A stretch of DNA of 64,000 nucleotides from Paramecium tetraurelia (lineage: Eukaryota). The translations under genes were made by a program, and so were the position numbers. The notes beneath the pieces are model-generated. The model saw nothing but the letters and a program-made list of their open reading frames with translations. It had not been told where the DNA came from and searched no databases. The DNA lies in the NCBI GenBank assembly GCA_000165425.1, contig CT868037.1, positions 62,001-126,000 on the forward strand, in the 5' to 3' direction. Positions 36,706 to 49,406 of this stretch are shown here, one piece after another (position 1 is the first letter of the stretch; every line of letters starts with the position of its first letter).

Positions 36706-37973
36706 ATGAAATTATTATTGCTATATATCTCACTGCTACTTTTATTAGAGTAATTTTAAATATAAGTTCGAAGACAATTCACACATTAAGTTGGTGAATC
36801 AAATTTATGTTAAATAATAATTTAAATTAATGGTCATAATAATTACTTATATATTAATTAAGATTTATGTTATCATAATAGTGATTTAGTTTTGAATCTG
36901 AGTAATAGAGGATCATTTGATATTAAAGTATGGATTGCTCTATTTGCTAAAAGGAATAATAGAAATAATGAAGTACTATACTCAAGTGATCATTGAATTC
37001 CTTAGAAATAGACTAGAGCGATTGATTTTAGGTTTTGGATGTTATTTCTGAATGAATTTGGGAAGACATTTTTAATTCTCTTACTATCATATTTAATCGG
37101 GTTCTTCTTGTTAAATATAAAAATTATATTGAATACACTAATTATCATAACAAAAATAATGCTAAGCTAGGTAACAGCCTTAACTTTTGTATACTTTAAA
37201 GATTAGAATGGAGAATAGAATACAGAAAGATTTATCTAATATTGTATTGTAATAGGTATCCTGAATTTTCTGGGTTTGTTTTTAAATGCTTTTGAGTAGC
37301 ATCCAAGGACTAAACACAATTCTTTTAGAATCGTGGTGGAATTGGGTATTCCTGTATTGGGACTAGTTCCAATTGTGACCTATTTTATTAATTACTTGGA
37401 ATTTTCGATGATTAGCATATTGATAATGATAAGTATGATTTCAATTTGGACGATTGAATGCCTCCTATATTATACCTTAAGTGAGAAGGGAATTCAAAGC
37501 ATGCTTAGTTTATGTATTACTACGAATGCTTTATTGATTTTCGGAGATATTGCTCTGAGAGGCAGCTCATAAATTAGTGTAAATATTATTTTTACACATA
37601 GACTATATTTGATTACAGTTCAATCAATTTTTTGGTGTTATGCGCTCAATTTTCTTGGTCAGGGGATTTAAGCACGAAGAAACCAAATAGTTTGTTTAAC
37701 ATAATTTCAAGATAAGACTGTTTTAGGTTGATAGTGTACTTTCTAATATTCAATATTGTGAATAATACAATCAGAACAATTAAAGAGAATCAGAATGCAA
37801 TTTCCCCTACTCTGGCTATTTTTTTACCATACATTTGGGCTACAATTAATTTTAATAAAAGAAAATACAGATAAGCATTTGGACTATTCATGTTAAGTAT
37901 ATTTATATATTTTCCAATGGAAATATAAATAAAATACAGCTAGCAAAGATTGGAATAAACAATTTAGCTTTGA
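36706..37973 (+). CDS. Multi-pass membrane protein of unknown function
   Basis: Hydrophobic N-terminus and many TM-like segments (TFLILLLSYLIGFFLL, FSMISILIMISMISIW); 33-nt intron 36973-37005 removes an in-frame TGA; second intron near 37579-37601. Confidence 0.65.
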
Positions 37974-38284
37974 TTTTTGTTATAGAATTTATTAAAAATA
38001 AAAAATTAGATCTTAAAGTATCTTAAATGTAAATTCTCGTCTAAAGTGGAATTTCGTCTTAATTTTTATAACTTCAATAAATATTGATACTAAAACACAG
38101 TGATCTATTGAAATAGGACTAAATAAAGTTAAATTCATGATTACTAAGAATTCTGAATTGAAAGTTTAATCCTCAAGCAAGTTGCAGTCGAATGTATCAA
38201 TATCTAAATAATAATATAGGGCGATAATTTGGTAGGAATAAATTCCGAGAGAAACAGTTACATATATAAGATTTTAATATAAAT

Positions 38285-39455
38285 ATGAATAATAAAGAGA
38301 AGTTGGCGAAGTATAAAGAAAAAGTGAATTAAGTGATATAAAAAATGGTATATGAGCTATTCAAGCATCAACCAGACAATTACGTATGAAAATATATCAA
38401 TCTTAATAACAGGTCGATTGGATGATTGAATACTTGCAATTAATAAGATTAAGCAAACATCAAAGAGAAAGTTTGATTGTTGAATATAACGTAACTTCTG
38501 ATGATGAAGCATTCGAGGATATTGATGAATTACCTAAGCCTCCTGGAAATCCAAAGCAATTCAGAAGTTCTGTAAGTGCTGAGGTGTTTGGTATACATAA
38601 TAAGAAAGAGGATTTTTAGCCCAGAGTGATTGAAAAAACAGAAGAATAAAAGGAGAGAATATAGGAAAAGCTGATGAAAGTGTTCATGTTTTAGGCGCTT
38701 GGAGAAAATGAAAAGAAAATAGTTGTAGATGCAATGGAGGAGAAGCATTTTGGATAGAATGACTGGGTGATAAGGTAAGGGGATGATGGCAATGAACTAT
38801 ATATTGTTTTCTCAGGCGAATTGAGTTGCTACCGAAAGATGCATCCTTAGGATACCGAGCCAAAATTTTTAAAGGAATATTCAGCTGGAGATATGTTTGG
38901 AGAATTAGCTCTATTATACAATGCTCCAAGGGCTGCGTCTATTTAAGCCAAAAATGATGCAGTTCTCTTTGCTCTGGATAGAAGCACGTTTAATAACATA
39001 GTAAAAGATGCGACCATCAAAAAAAGAGAATAATATGAGGAAGTATTGTCAAAGGTTGAATTGTTGTATTCAATGGATGCTTATGAGAAAACTCAAATTT
39101 ACGACGGATTGAAGGAGGCACATTATGGGGCAGGAGACATCATAATTAATGAGGGAGAAGAAGGGGACAAATTCTATATGGTAGCTGAGGGAAATCTGAT
39201 AGCCTATAGGGAAGTGAATGGGACTTAGGAGGAGGTCTTACGATATAAAGCAGGTGATTATTTCGGAGAATTGGCTTTAATCCACAAAGTTCCAAGATAG
39301 GCTACTGTCAAAGCTGAAGTAAAATATTATATCCACTATAGACTGATTGTAATGTGGTCTATCTTGATAATAATTCGTTCGTTAGATTGCTGGGTCCTGT
39401 TTCTAACATTCTAAAAAGGAATGCGGAAGCTTACAAAAAGTTTATTAAAAATTGA
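38285..39455 (+). CDS. cAMP-dependent protein kinase regulatory subunit
   Basis: Inhibitor site FRSSVSAEVFG; two cNMP-binding domains with phosphate-binding cassettes FGELALLYNAPRAASI and FGELALIHKVPRQATV; two short introns. Confidence 0.93.
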
Positions 39456-39547
39456 CAAATGCGATTTATTTCCAATATATTTAAGAAAATAATTTATTTT
39501 GTATTCTTGGAATTTAATTAGTTATAATTTATTCAATATATATATAA

Positions 39548-42500
39548 ATGCAAAAAGCCTAATTTATTGAATTATTTCTTCTAGCATTTTTGGGAGTAAT
39601 ACATAGTCAAGAGAAGAGTGGGAATCCAATTACAAAATTTTAAATCACCAATTGCACCTATTTTGATCAAAACATCTCCTATATACCAGAATCATGCTAA
39701 AATGTTTATTTAACATCCTGTAACTTCGTTTGCTAAAAGAATTACTTGATTTTGAATGTTCAAGAAGTGCATTTTAAAAGATCAAACATAACAAATTGCG
39801 AGATAACAAAAATAGATTCTGATTACATTGAATTTCATAATATCAATTTAATCAACCCCAACACTAGTCAGTATAAATTGTAATCAAGGGGGAGTATTTC
39901 TCTACAAGGAAATCTTGAGCAATAGTTGAATCATACTTAATTACTCATAGAATCACAGACAGATATTATAATAAAAGATGCCTAGATAAATATTGATTAT
40001 TTAGCGTTCATATCTCATATTGGCCATATTGAAATTTCAAACAGCTCTATTACAAGCTTAAGTCCTAAATGCAACATGAATAAAGATCTAGAATTGACAT
40101 CAAATCTTAAGATAGTTTCTTAAGAAAATGTTACCATTGATTCAAAGTCAAAGATAACTGCTTCTACTCTAATTCTATACTCTAATAACACAATAGTAGA
40201 TGGAGTAATTAAATCTCCTTTTGATTGTTACACTAATCAAGGAGTAGGAAAGGCTCCTACGTTTACAATTGAAGAATTAGTCTGTTTAAGTGGAGGTGGA
40301 TCATCAGCTGGCCTGGGAGGAAGAGGAAGCCAGAATAAATCATGTTAAGCTCTAGAGAAGACTTCAAAGTAATTCATAAAGTCTCATCCTTATAACCATC
40401 CTAATTATTTAAGAAGCGGAAGTGGGGGTGCAGGAACAATATCTGTTGGTAGTGGAGGAGGCATAATTCTAATGTAATCCCTTAACTCAATTTCAATAAA
40501 TGGTGAATTGTTATGTAATGGAGTCGATGGATAATATATTGATTTGTAAAATTAGTTTGGAGGTGGGGGAGGAGGAGCAATTCAAATACTAGCCAAAGTT
40601 ATCGATGGGAATGGTGTCATCTAAGCCAAAGGAGGAAATTCAGATGCTTCTAACAAAGTAGGTGAAGGAGGAGGAGGAATAGTTACAGTGTAAGGAGAAT
40701 TATCAAATACTTCCAAACTCAAAATAGATGTTAGGTCAGGAATAAGATAAGATTAATAAGCCTAAAATGGTACAATATAATTTTTCCCATGTGAAGATGG
40801 GTTTCACTTATATAAGTTTTAGTGTGTTGAATGCCCAAGTAATTCTATGTCTTTTGCAAAACGAGGGCACTGCTTCAAATGCCCAGGAGTTCTTTTTGGA
40901 TAATAGTATATCGATTGGCCATCTTGTAATGAAAAAGTCTGCAATTAGTTTCACTGCGATCCAATTACATTCATCTCAAATATAGTGTCCAGTCTAATGA
41001 ATCTCATTCTGTATCTAATGCTATTCATGTTTGTAACAATCGGATATGTAATTAGAAGGATGTATAGAATGAAGGAGATCAAATATGAGAAATTACCTTT
41101 CGACTTTGAATCAGCCACAAGATATATGACCATAGATCATTTGTTGACTGATGAATTGTTGAAAAACAATAATTTCTAATTGATTGATCTTATGTATCAT
41201 GTTCATAGGATTACATTGCTTGGAAACAATTCTCCTGAAAACCCATGGAAATTGCCATCTCACCCTGAATCTGGTATTGAATATCTCATGGATCTTGAAG
41301 AGTATAAAAGATTTGCCAACAAAATCAATAAATTGGCTGAATGGAAAAAGTAAGAAAAGGTCTTATTGATTATTTTCTCTATCCTATATTACCCATTGTA
41401 TTGGGTGATTTTAACTTATACAAAAAAAAAGAAATATCTAAAAATAATCGAATACTTTCATTAATCGAATATCATGAAGCTAATGGATGATCAATTCATT
41501 AAAATCAAAATATCCAAATCCGCTGATTATACATTGCTCTATTTTGATATTTTCAATTACAAGATAAGTGATTTAAAGTACTTCTTTCTAGCTTGTCCAT
41601 ACTATATTCTAGTTTCAGGGGAAGGCAACTTTCTGAAGCCATTTTATTTATGCGAAAGTAATCCTTTTCTCTCTTGTCTCTATTTTTCCATCAATAGAAA
41701 TAAAGAGATTCATGAAGATAGAAATAAAATTCTGGATAATCTGGTTACTCACAAAACAAGAATGGAAAATAGTTAAAAGCTAAATAACTTCATTATTAAA
41801 TTTAATAGATATGCCAGAGCTATTGATGTCGATAGCAATGACTTTACATAAAATGTATAATAATTAATCATCTTTTGCAATAATTAGAATGTTAAATTCT
41901 TTTCAGATTTCTTAATTACAATCAACATCATTATTATTATAGATGATGAATTTACTATTTTGGAGAATTATGAATCCTAAGAGTTTATTAAATTTATAGA
42001 AGGCGCTAAAAATAAAAATTTGAGATTGGGATTGTTCATCTATGATTCAGAAGCTAATCCTGAAGAAATAGAGGATGTGTTAGATAATCAAAGAATTTCA
42101 TTGGAATAATCAAATCAATTCCAAGTTTTTGAAGAGGACAAAGAGAGCTTTGATAATCTACAAAACCTTGAGGATCTTAAACATTAGTACATTGAAAGAA
42201 TGCAAGATTCAGTTTAGTCATCCTAAGAAATTTAATAAGAGCAATCAAAAAAATCTTAAAATAGGAAATCTGATATGAAAATATTTGGTAAAATTCGATA
42301 CCTATTCCTATCTCATCAAGTTCCATCCGTTGGTCAGAATACAAAAATATATGTTCAATTATTGTTAGCAATTTTGGATGCAGTATAATATTAGATTATT
42401 TTAGATATTTTTGCCTTTATTAATTTAATAAGGACTCTTGGCAGATGATCTTTATTTAGAATAAATCTTGTTGATAAGTTTTCCTTATCCTTTAAGCATT

Positions 42501-42764
42501 TTGATAAGTCCAATTTTGGGATGTGTTTGGATGACTACTCAATCATATGGTATTGCAAAAGCTCATTCAATCTTCAATACATTATCAATTTTCAACCTAG
42601 TTGTTCATATTATTGTAATGATAAAAAAGTTGATCCCACTTGCCTTTATTATTTTATTTATCAACCTAATTCTAAAAATATTGTTGATGATAAATATTAA
42701 GAGAATACTGTCACTAAATATTAAATTAAATAAACTTAATTAAATTAAACATATTGTTTAATGA
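39548..42764 (+). CDS. Large Gly-rich, Cys-repeat multi-pass membrane protein (family also seen in plants)
   Basis: Signal peptide; GGGSSAGLGGRG, GSGGAG..GSGGGII, GGGGGGAI, GEGGGGIV repeats; CEDG..CVECP..CFKCP; TM; HVHRITLLGNNSPENPWKLP, SGEGNFLKPFYL; C-terminal TM helices; TGA 42762-42764. Confidence 0.8.
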
Positions 42765-43755
42765 TTTTTAATTTTTTATACACAATCATTTATTTGTATT
42801 ACATAATTATGCTTATTGTTTTATTATCTCAATTAAAATGATAATTGAATATTGAATTAATATTTATTTATGATTCTAGTTTTATTATTAGATCCTTCTA
42901 TTGGATTCACATTATTGTAAAGATATTCCATTAAAATATTTATAAAATATGTTTACAAATTAATTATTTTTATGTAATCAGATGCCAATCGCATTTACAA
43001 TATTAATCTCTGACATAGTTTCTCTAATTTTACAAGGTTTTAGCTACCAGAACTCGAATTCCCTGAAGGAAGTAGGAAAGTAAAGCAAATTTTTATTCAT
43101 AATTCCATTGTAATTGAGATTGTTTTCAAAGATTGGTAACAATAGAAATAATCCACCTTATTTTTAAATTAAGGCGTTTAATGAATAAAAGCAATGTGGA
43201 GAATCAAAGGCGCTAGCAATTAATGATTTTTCTAGGTTCTTTAACTGGACTTGCAGTTTCTTAGGACATATTTACAATTCAATTTAATCTTTTTAAAATT
43301 AAACAAAATGAAGATGTCTATATAATTAAAATTTGATTAGATCAAGTTGGGCCGTTTTTGTTTTGTGAATAAGGTTCATTAATAAATACGAAGTAATTAA
43401 CATATAATATGTAAGTGTAAATAAATAATCCTAGTGAATGCTATTTAAGAAAGGAGATCAACAAAGATTAAGTTTGTATGGGAGTTTTTGAGTACCTAGA
43501 TAATTTAATTTAGTTATTGTGTAAATTTATTGTATTTTTCGATTGATTTACTAGTCAATAAAAAGTGAATGATAAATAATAATGCTAAATAAAGATAGTA
43601 TAAGCATCCTCGTAGAGTTAATCTTGGAAGAGTTTCACAGAACTGGATAAGTTGTAATTAAATTGATATTTTTGTGCATAGGAACGTGTATAATTATTTT
43701 GATATATATATAAATAATTTGTCAATTTAATCAATACTATTTTTATTTGAAAAAA

Positions 43756-45171
43756 ATGTCATAGTGCGGAAGATTTTATCACGAGGTAACATCAAACTTC
43801 TGTCAACATTTTCAATTTAATTAAATAAATGCCTTATCTTTGTGGGGATCACTCGTCATCCCCATATCGATAGGAGTATTCAATTCAATTGGGCTAGGAG
43901 CATAGGGGTTCTAGATTTTTATTTTGCTGCTGGTGTTCAACTACGGAAAGAAAGTATTATAACAATTTAATGAAAGGATGCTTCATTGATGAATCAACCT
44001 ATGTAATTGGCATAATATTTTCTAACTTCGATAGAGAATTTGAAGAAAAGAAAATAACCTAATTAACCAGCAGTAAATGAAAATTTGGTATTATTACTGG
44101 GCCCAATGATGATATCAGGATGCACAATAGGATTACATTCAAAGTAAAGTGATTAGTAAATCTATTTTTAGAGATTATATCCCTACATTTTTCACTATTG
44201 TAATCACTTTAATTTCCCTATTAATATTGATGATGACAACTTATAAAAAAACAAAATAAGTGAGATATTTAGAGTCATTGGCAACAAAAGAACAGTTAAA
44301 GGAATTCGAAGACGATTTTATTAATGTAGGTGATGGAATACTGATAAATGTGGAGCAATTCTTTTAATAAATTTAAAGCTCTCTTTAAAGAGAATCCTTT
44401 ATTAAAATACTCCCTTAAGAAATGTTGGAAATGAATTTGACAATCGATGAACATAAAATAAAGGCCAAGGACTTTTTGAATTAAAACAAAGAAATTAGAG
44501 AGTAAATTCATAAGAAGTTGGTGACAAGATCAATCCCAAAATTAAAAGTGTTTTTTTATGCTCTTACAATTCTCATTAATGTTGGATTATTGTTTAAGAC
44601 TACTGAAATGCATGTATGTGATGTGGATGCATTTAAAAATTTCATGATTTAAGTTTGGCATAGAAATTAATTGCAAGTAACTTGCAATGTGAGCTTATTC
44701 TTCTTCCTTGCTTTAATTACAAAGACATTTGACATCATATTGTTAATATAATTGTTTGTTTCATCTTACATTTTTGGATTTCTTTTAGGTTCTGTAGGAG
44801 CAGCTGCCTAAATTGTAGTGATAATCCTTTTAACAAAATTAAAGAGAGTTGAAGTAAGTACTGCAGAAGTGACAATGACACTTCCCATAATCATGTTCTC
44901 AGTAACATTATCAAGTACAATTATATCATTGGCAACTGGAATGATTCATGATGTATGCGGAGTGATTGCTATCTTCTTGTTGTCTATCATTGGATAGAAA
45001 GTAGTCAAACCAAAAGGTGGGTAGTAATATGTTAAACCCTCTGTTTGCATTGCATCTTGGACTTTATTTTTTAGGCTGTCATGTTAATAGTCTTTGTGGT
45101 TACTTAGTTTTTTAAGGAACTAAGGCAAAGGATTGTCAGAACTATTCATACCAAGAGCAGTGTGTAAATGA
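43756..45171 (+). CDS. Sulfite exporter TauE/SafE family membrane protein
   Basis: IGVFNSIGLGAQGFQIFILLLVFNY..DASLMNQPM, LVLLLGPMMISGCTIG, second repeat IFGFLLGSVGAAAQIVV..EVSTAEVT; many TM segments; TGA 45169-45171. Confidence 0.75.
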
Positions 45172-45219
45172 GTCTGAATTATTTTATTCATAAAAATCAT
45201 TTCATAATAATAATAATAA

Positions 45220-46523
45220 ATGCACTCTAATTAGGAGTTTAGCTGCAGAATTCCACACCACAAAATAGTCAATAAAAAGATTGTCTATGTGGTTATATTT
45301 GTTTCCCACTCCTATTGTTCTGCAAAAGTCTAACATCTTCGGTATTCAGAGGCTGAGAAATTGCATGCCAAATTGGACAAGTCATCATAACAATTACGTA
45401 TCTCTGTTACACTACCACAATTCCCTGGCAAAAAACTATTTGGCAGTCATAATGATTCTGAATAAGGCATTTTAAGGCGTGTATACATTGTCATCATCTA
45501 TTATTTTAGAGATCTGATTTGCAGGATTATTTCAACCAACTACTTAAAATTGATAAACTCTACTCTATTCCATGTCTGAAATCTATGTTACCAGATATCA
45601 ATGATGATAAAAGTGATCTTACCTAATTCTTGTAGGATAAGTAATTATTAATCATGACTCTTAGACCCTTATAATAATACAATTTTATTATTGATTCATT
45701 CTAACAATTAGACATGTTTGTACTGTATTTTGTTCAAGTTATTGACAATTTTAATAAATCCAAATGGAGATTCAAAACCAGATATTCAGATCTCAGGGAC
45801 ATCCATTCGGCACTCAAAGAACAAATCAAAGTCAATACTATTCCTGAGTTCCCAAAACGAAAGATCTTTGGAATTACTAATGATGATCCCCATGAAATTG
45901 AAACCAGAAAAAAAAACCTTGAAGTATATCTCAACTCTATTTATGCGTACTCCAATTATATCTAATTAGAGTAATCCAGAACTAGCCAATACAGATATTT
46001 TAGATTATTTCATACAAAATAGCAGAAGAGAATCCAAAAAATTATAAAAATTTGATGAACAAAAAATGCTATTAAAAATGGTATTTATATTATAATTACT
46101 AATTCAATTTAGAAACTTAAATAAAAACAACAAAAATAATAATAGATAGAATAATTGCAAAAGAAATTATTGAATCCTGAAAACCAATCAGATACCAATA
46201 CTGCAGATAAAGCATCTCAAAAACAAATCAAACAAATACCCAGAAAAGGACTCTTCGTCATTAAAGAGCTCTTAGATAAATACGAAGATGACAATACCAC
46301 TCTTCTAAGATACAGCTCCCTATCTACCAATCCATTAAACACAGTTGGTGCTACCTAGATGCCAATAAACATTTTACAAAATAACTAATTGGAAGATGAT
46401 TTTATGAAAGCATCCTCGTAACCGCATGCTGCACAAATTGTCATGGATGATCTTGAAGATGATTTTGTTATCCAAATTGACGAAAACCAAGAAGAAGAAG
46501 CTTAATTAACCTATTAAAAATGA
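45220..46523 (+). CDS. Tandem PX-domain protein
   Basis: PX1 LRYSEAEKLHAKL..LPQFPGKKLFG..RRRSDLQDYFNQL; PX2 TRYSDLRDIHSAL..IPEFPKRKIFG..ETRKKNLEVYLNSI; acidic tail. Confidence 0.85.
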
Positions 46524-47264
46524 CAACAAAATATTAATTTTATATTTTTATAAACTATTTTATTGAAATCTAATTGCTTTCCCAATTTTACTTTTTTCCT
46601 GTTGTTTGGTTTTGGGGGAATAAGAGTGTATTTGAATATTATTTCCATTAAGTATAATTAAGAGGGAATTTAAATTCTCCAACTCTTAACTGCTAGGCAA
46701 ATCTAATTAAATTTATCTAAAATCATTCCATTAATAAACTATTATTGTAATCTCCTACTCATCAAGAATATCAAAATAGCATCGTAATTACTTTGAAATT
46801 ACAAAAATTAAATATTTTTGTTCTAGTCTATAAAATAATATCTTAACAACTTTTTAATTCATTAGAACATTCAATTAAGGAACGAGAAAATTAATGATGA
46901 ATTAAAAATATCTGTGCAAATTTAGTAGTCGTATGTCGAAGGTTTCACCTTTTTTAAATAATATGCTGGTAATTAATTAATTAGTTAATTATTTTAATCT
47001 TAGTCTATTAGAGAATTTTAGCCTATAAATGTTAAAAGCGTTCATATTCCAAAGTCTTCAAAACTTGAAAGTAGAATAAGCACATGTAGAATAGTTAAAT
47101 TATGCAAACATTCATAAAAGAAAGGTTAGTAATCAACAATTAATTTATACATGTAAAATATAAAACAAATTTCTCAATGTCAATTATATTTAATTCGAAC
47201 CTATGGATGTTATAATATGTTTATAAATCTTTTAATATAATATAATTATTTAAAATTTCCTTTA

Positions 47265-47513
47265 ATGAGTGAATTTCAGAAAATAGATGAAGATGATTAT
47301 TTTCGGTTGAATGACATTTTTTGTATTTGGTTAATGAAAAAACAAAACACTCACTTTGAAGATCTCTCATATAAAGATGCTAAGAAAAAATTTAAAAAAT
47401 TTTGCAAAAGGTACAACAACCAAAAGCTTGATCCCTTATATTACGAGCATGAAAAATTAATAGAGAAATATCAATCAGATATCCAATCGAAACACAAATG
47501 GAATTTTAAATGA
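47265..47513 (+). CDS. Small SCI1 (style cell-cycle inhibitor 1)-like conserved protein, 82 aa
   Basis: IDEDDYFRLNDIFCIWL..FEDLSYKDAKKKFKKFCKRYNNQKLDPLYY..HKWNFK matches the conserved core of the SCI1 family; ends with TGA. Confidence 0.75.
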   Translation: MSEFQKIDEDDYFRLNDIFCIWLMKKQNTHFEDLSYKDAKKKFKKFCKRYNNQKLDPLYYEHEKLIEKYQSDIQSKHKWNFK

Positions 47514-47561
47514 GCTAATTTATCATTTATTTAATGAAATTAATAAAATATCAAAATATAT

Positions 47562-49328
47562 ATGATTATAGACAACCTATTGGATCAGACTCATCGTAAC
47601 ACAAGGAGAGGCATAGTGTTTTCCCATACTCGCAAGACTTTTACAATAAAGCCAGACTCACCCAAAACGAGAGAAGCATGCTTAGCTTTAGGGTATGATC
47701 CCCAAATCTTTTAATTTAAGTAATTGTTTGCTTTTCTAACATTCAGAACTTTCGAAGAGTTTGCTGAACCAGGGATAACTGAGAATGTCTAAAAAATGAG
47801 ATATGATCATTATATGAAAAAGACTGAAAGTAAAACGGAAAATGGATTAAAATAGGTGCTTTGCAAGAAATAAGCAAGTAGCGAAAGGTGATAATCAAAA
47901 AATAAAAAGCGATCACAAATCTACACCTGGAGAAGAGCTATTAAAGAGACGAGGAGTATCTAACAATTGATATTAAAGATTAGTGAATGATTTGATTGAG
48001 ACTTACAATAAGAAGATGAGCAACATCAACAATGTGGAGAACGATGATTCCTATCTTTCATTTGATGAAGAGGATCCTATTCTCGTTTTGGAATAGCAAT
48101 TAGAAAAGGAGATTACAAAGTACAAGAAACAATTGCAAGTGAAAGCCAAAGAAGTTTAACATCAATTGGAGAACGAAAAAAAAAGATAAAAGCTATAACA
48201 CGACATGATTGAAAGAGAGAAAAAGATTGAGGATTTGTAATAGAAGATAGCGCATTAGAAGGAACTGAAAAAGAAAGAACTAAAACGAGCAGCACAGAAA
48301 AAGTTTAATGAGATCAAAGAGAAGGAGAGAGAAAGATAAAAGAAATTGCTTGAAGATAAAAAGAAGTAAGCTGAAAAATTCGAGAAAATGTACATATGCA
48401 TATCTATAAATTAGACGTAAGAAACTGGAGGCAGATGAATTATAGTAAAAGAAAGAACTAGAGGAATAGGAGAGAAGATATCAAGAAAGAAGGCATGCAA
48501 TTCAATAGAGAAAGGAATTGTAAGATAAAGAATACAATTTACACCTGGCTTCAACAATGAATTAGATTGAATAGAAGTGGGCTGAGACTTCATAAAATAA
48601 GGATAGACAAATATGGGAATCCAAATTGGAAAGATTAACTATGAGAAGTACTTTACATGAAGAAAAGTTAAGACAATACAAAGCCAAAACTCAATAAAGA
48701 GAGGAGTCTATGGTGTAGTCAATTGTTAAGAAGTTGGCTACGAAAGAGGATGATCTAAAAGGTAATTATTGAATCTTTTCTCTATAGCCTTAAGGTAATC
48801 TAAAGAAAGGGAGGAGTTATTGAGAATCAAAGAAGAAAAATTAAGAAAAAAGAAGATTGAAAAAAGCTTAAAGAATATCAAATCTTAGTAGTTTGGTAAA
48901 GTTGAAAGTTTGTAAAAGAAATTTCAATTGCTTGAAGATTTCTCTTAAAAAAGAAAAGAGGAAACAGAAATTTAGAAGTACCTAAAGAAAGAGAAAATGA
49001 AATTGAAATAATTGGATCTTGATGAAAATTATTAAAGATAAGAGAGATTGAAGGATCTAAGATTTAAGCAATTGATAAAATCAACTCAATAATTAAATGA
49101 ATAAAAATCATTAGAAAAGATGTCTAATGAACTTGTACGTAGAGCCTAACAGGAACTCTAAAGAAGATTAAAGAAGGATGCCGAAAACCTAGATTAGAGT
49201 TTATTAAATGTTAGTTTAGCTGATGAGAAACTATTGAAGTAATTCAAAATTTTATTTCTAGTTAAAAAGTTAGTTAGCTTGAAAAGAATTTATCAAATCT
49301 GGCTCAAAATTCTAAAATTTTAAGTTGA
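47562..49328 (+). CDS. Coiled-coil protein, CCDC177/CCDC185 (DUF4659)-like N-terminus
   Basis: DSPKTREACLALGYDPQIFQFKTFEEF..KMRYDHY followed by long E/K/Q coiled coil; several short introns; TGA 49326-49328. Confidence 0.7.
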
Positions 49329-49406
49329 AAATGTCTTTATGATGTCATTATTTAATTATAATAAACTTTTATTTTATTTTTAATTTATTACAAAAAGGAA
49401 ACTTCT

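Noticed and set aside
42770..43750. About 1 kb gap with coding-like fragments (around 42983-43311)
   Set aside because: Multiple TGA stops in every frame and no recognisable domain; possible pseudogene relic but unsupported.
46530..47260. AT-rich gap with fragmentary minus-strand frames
   Set aside because: No consistent start, stop or domain.
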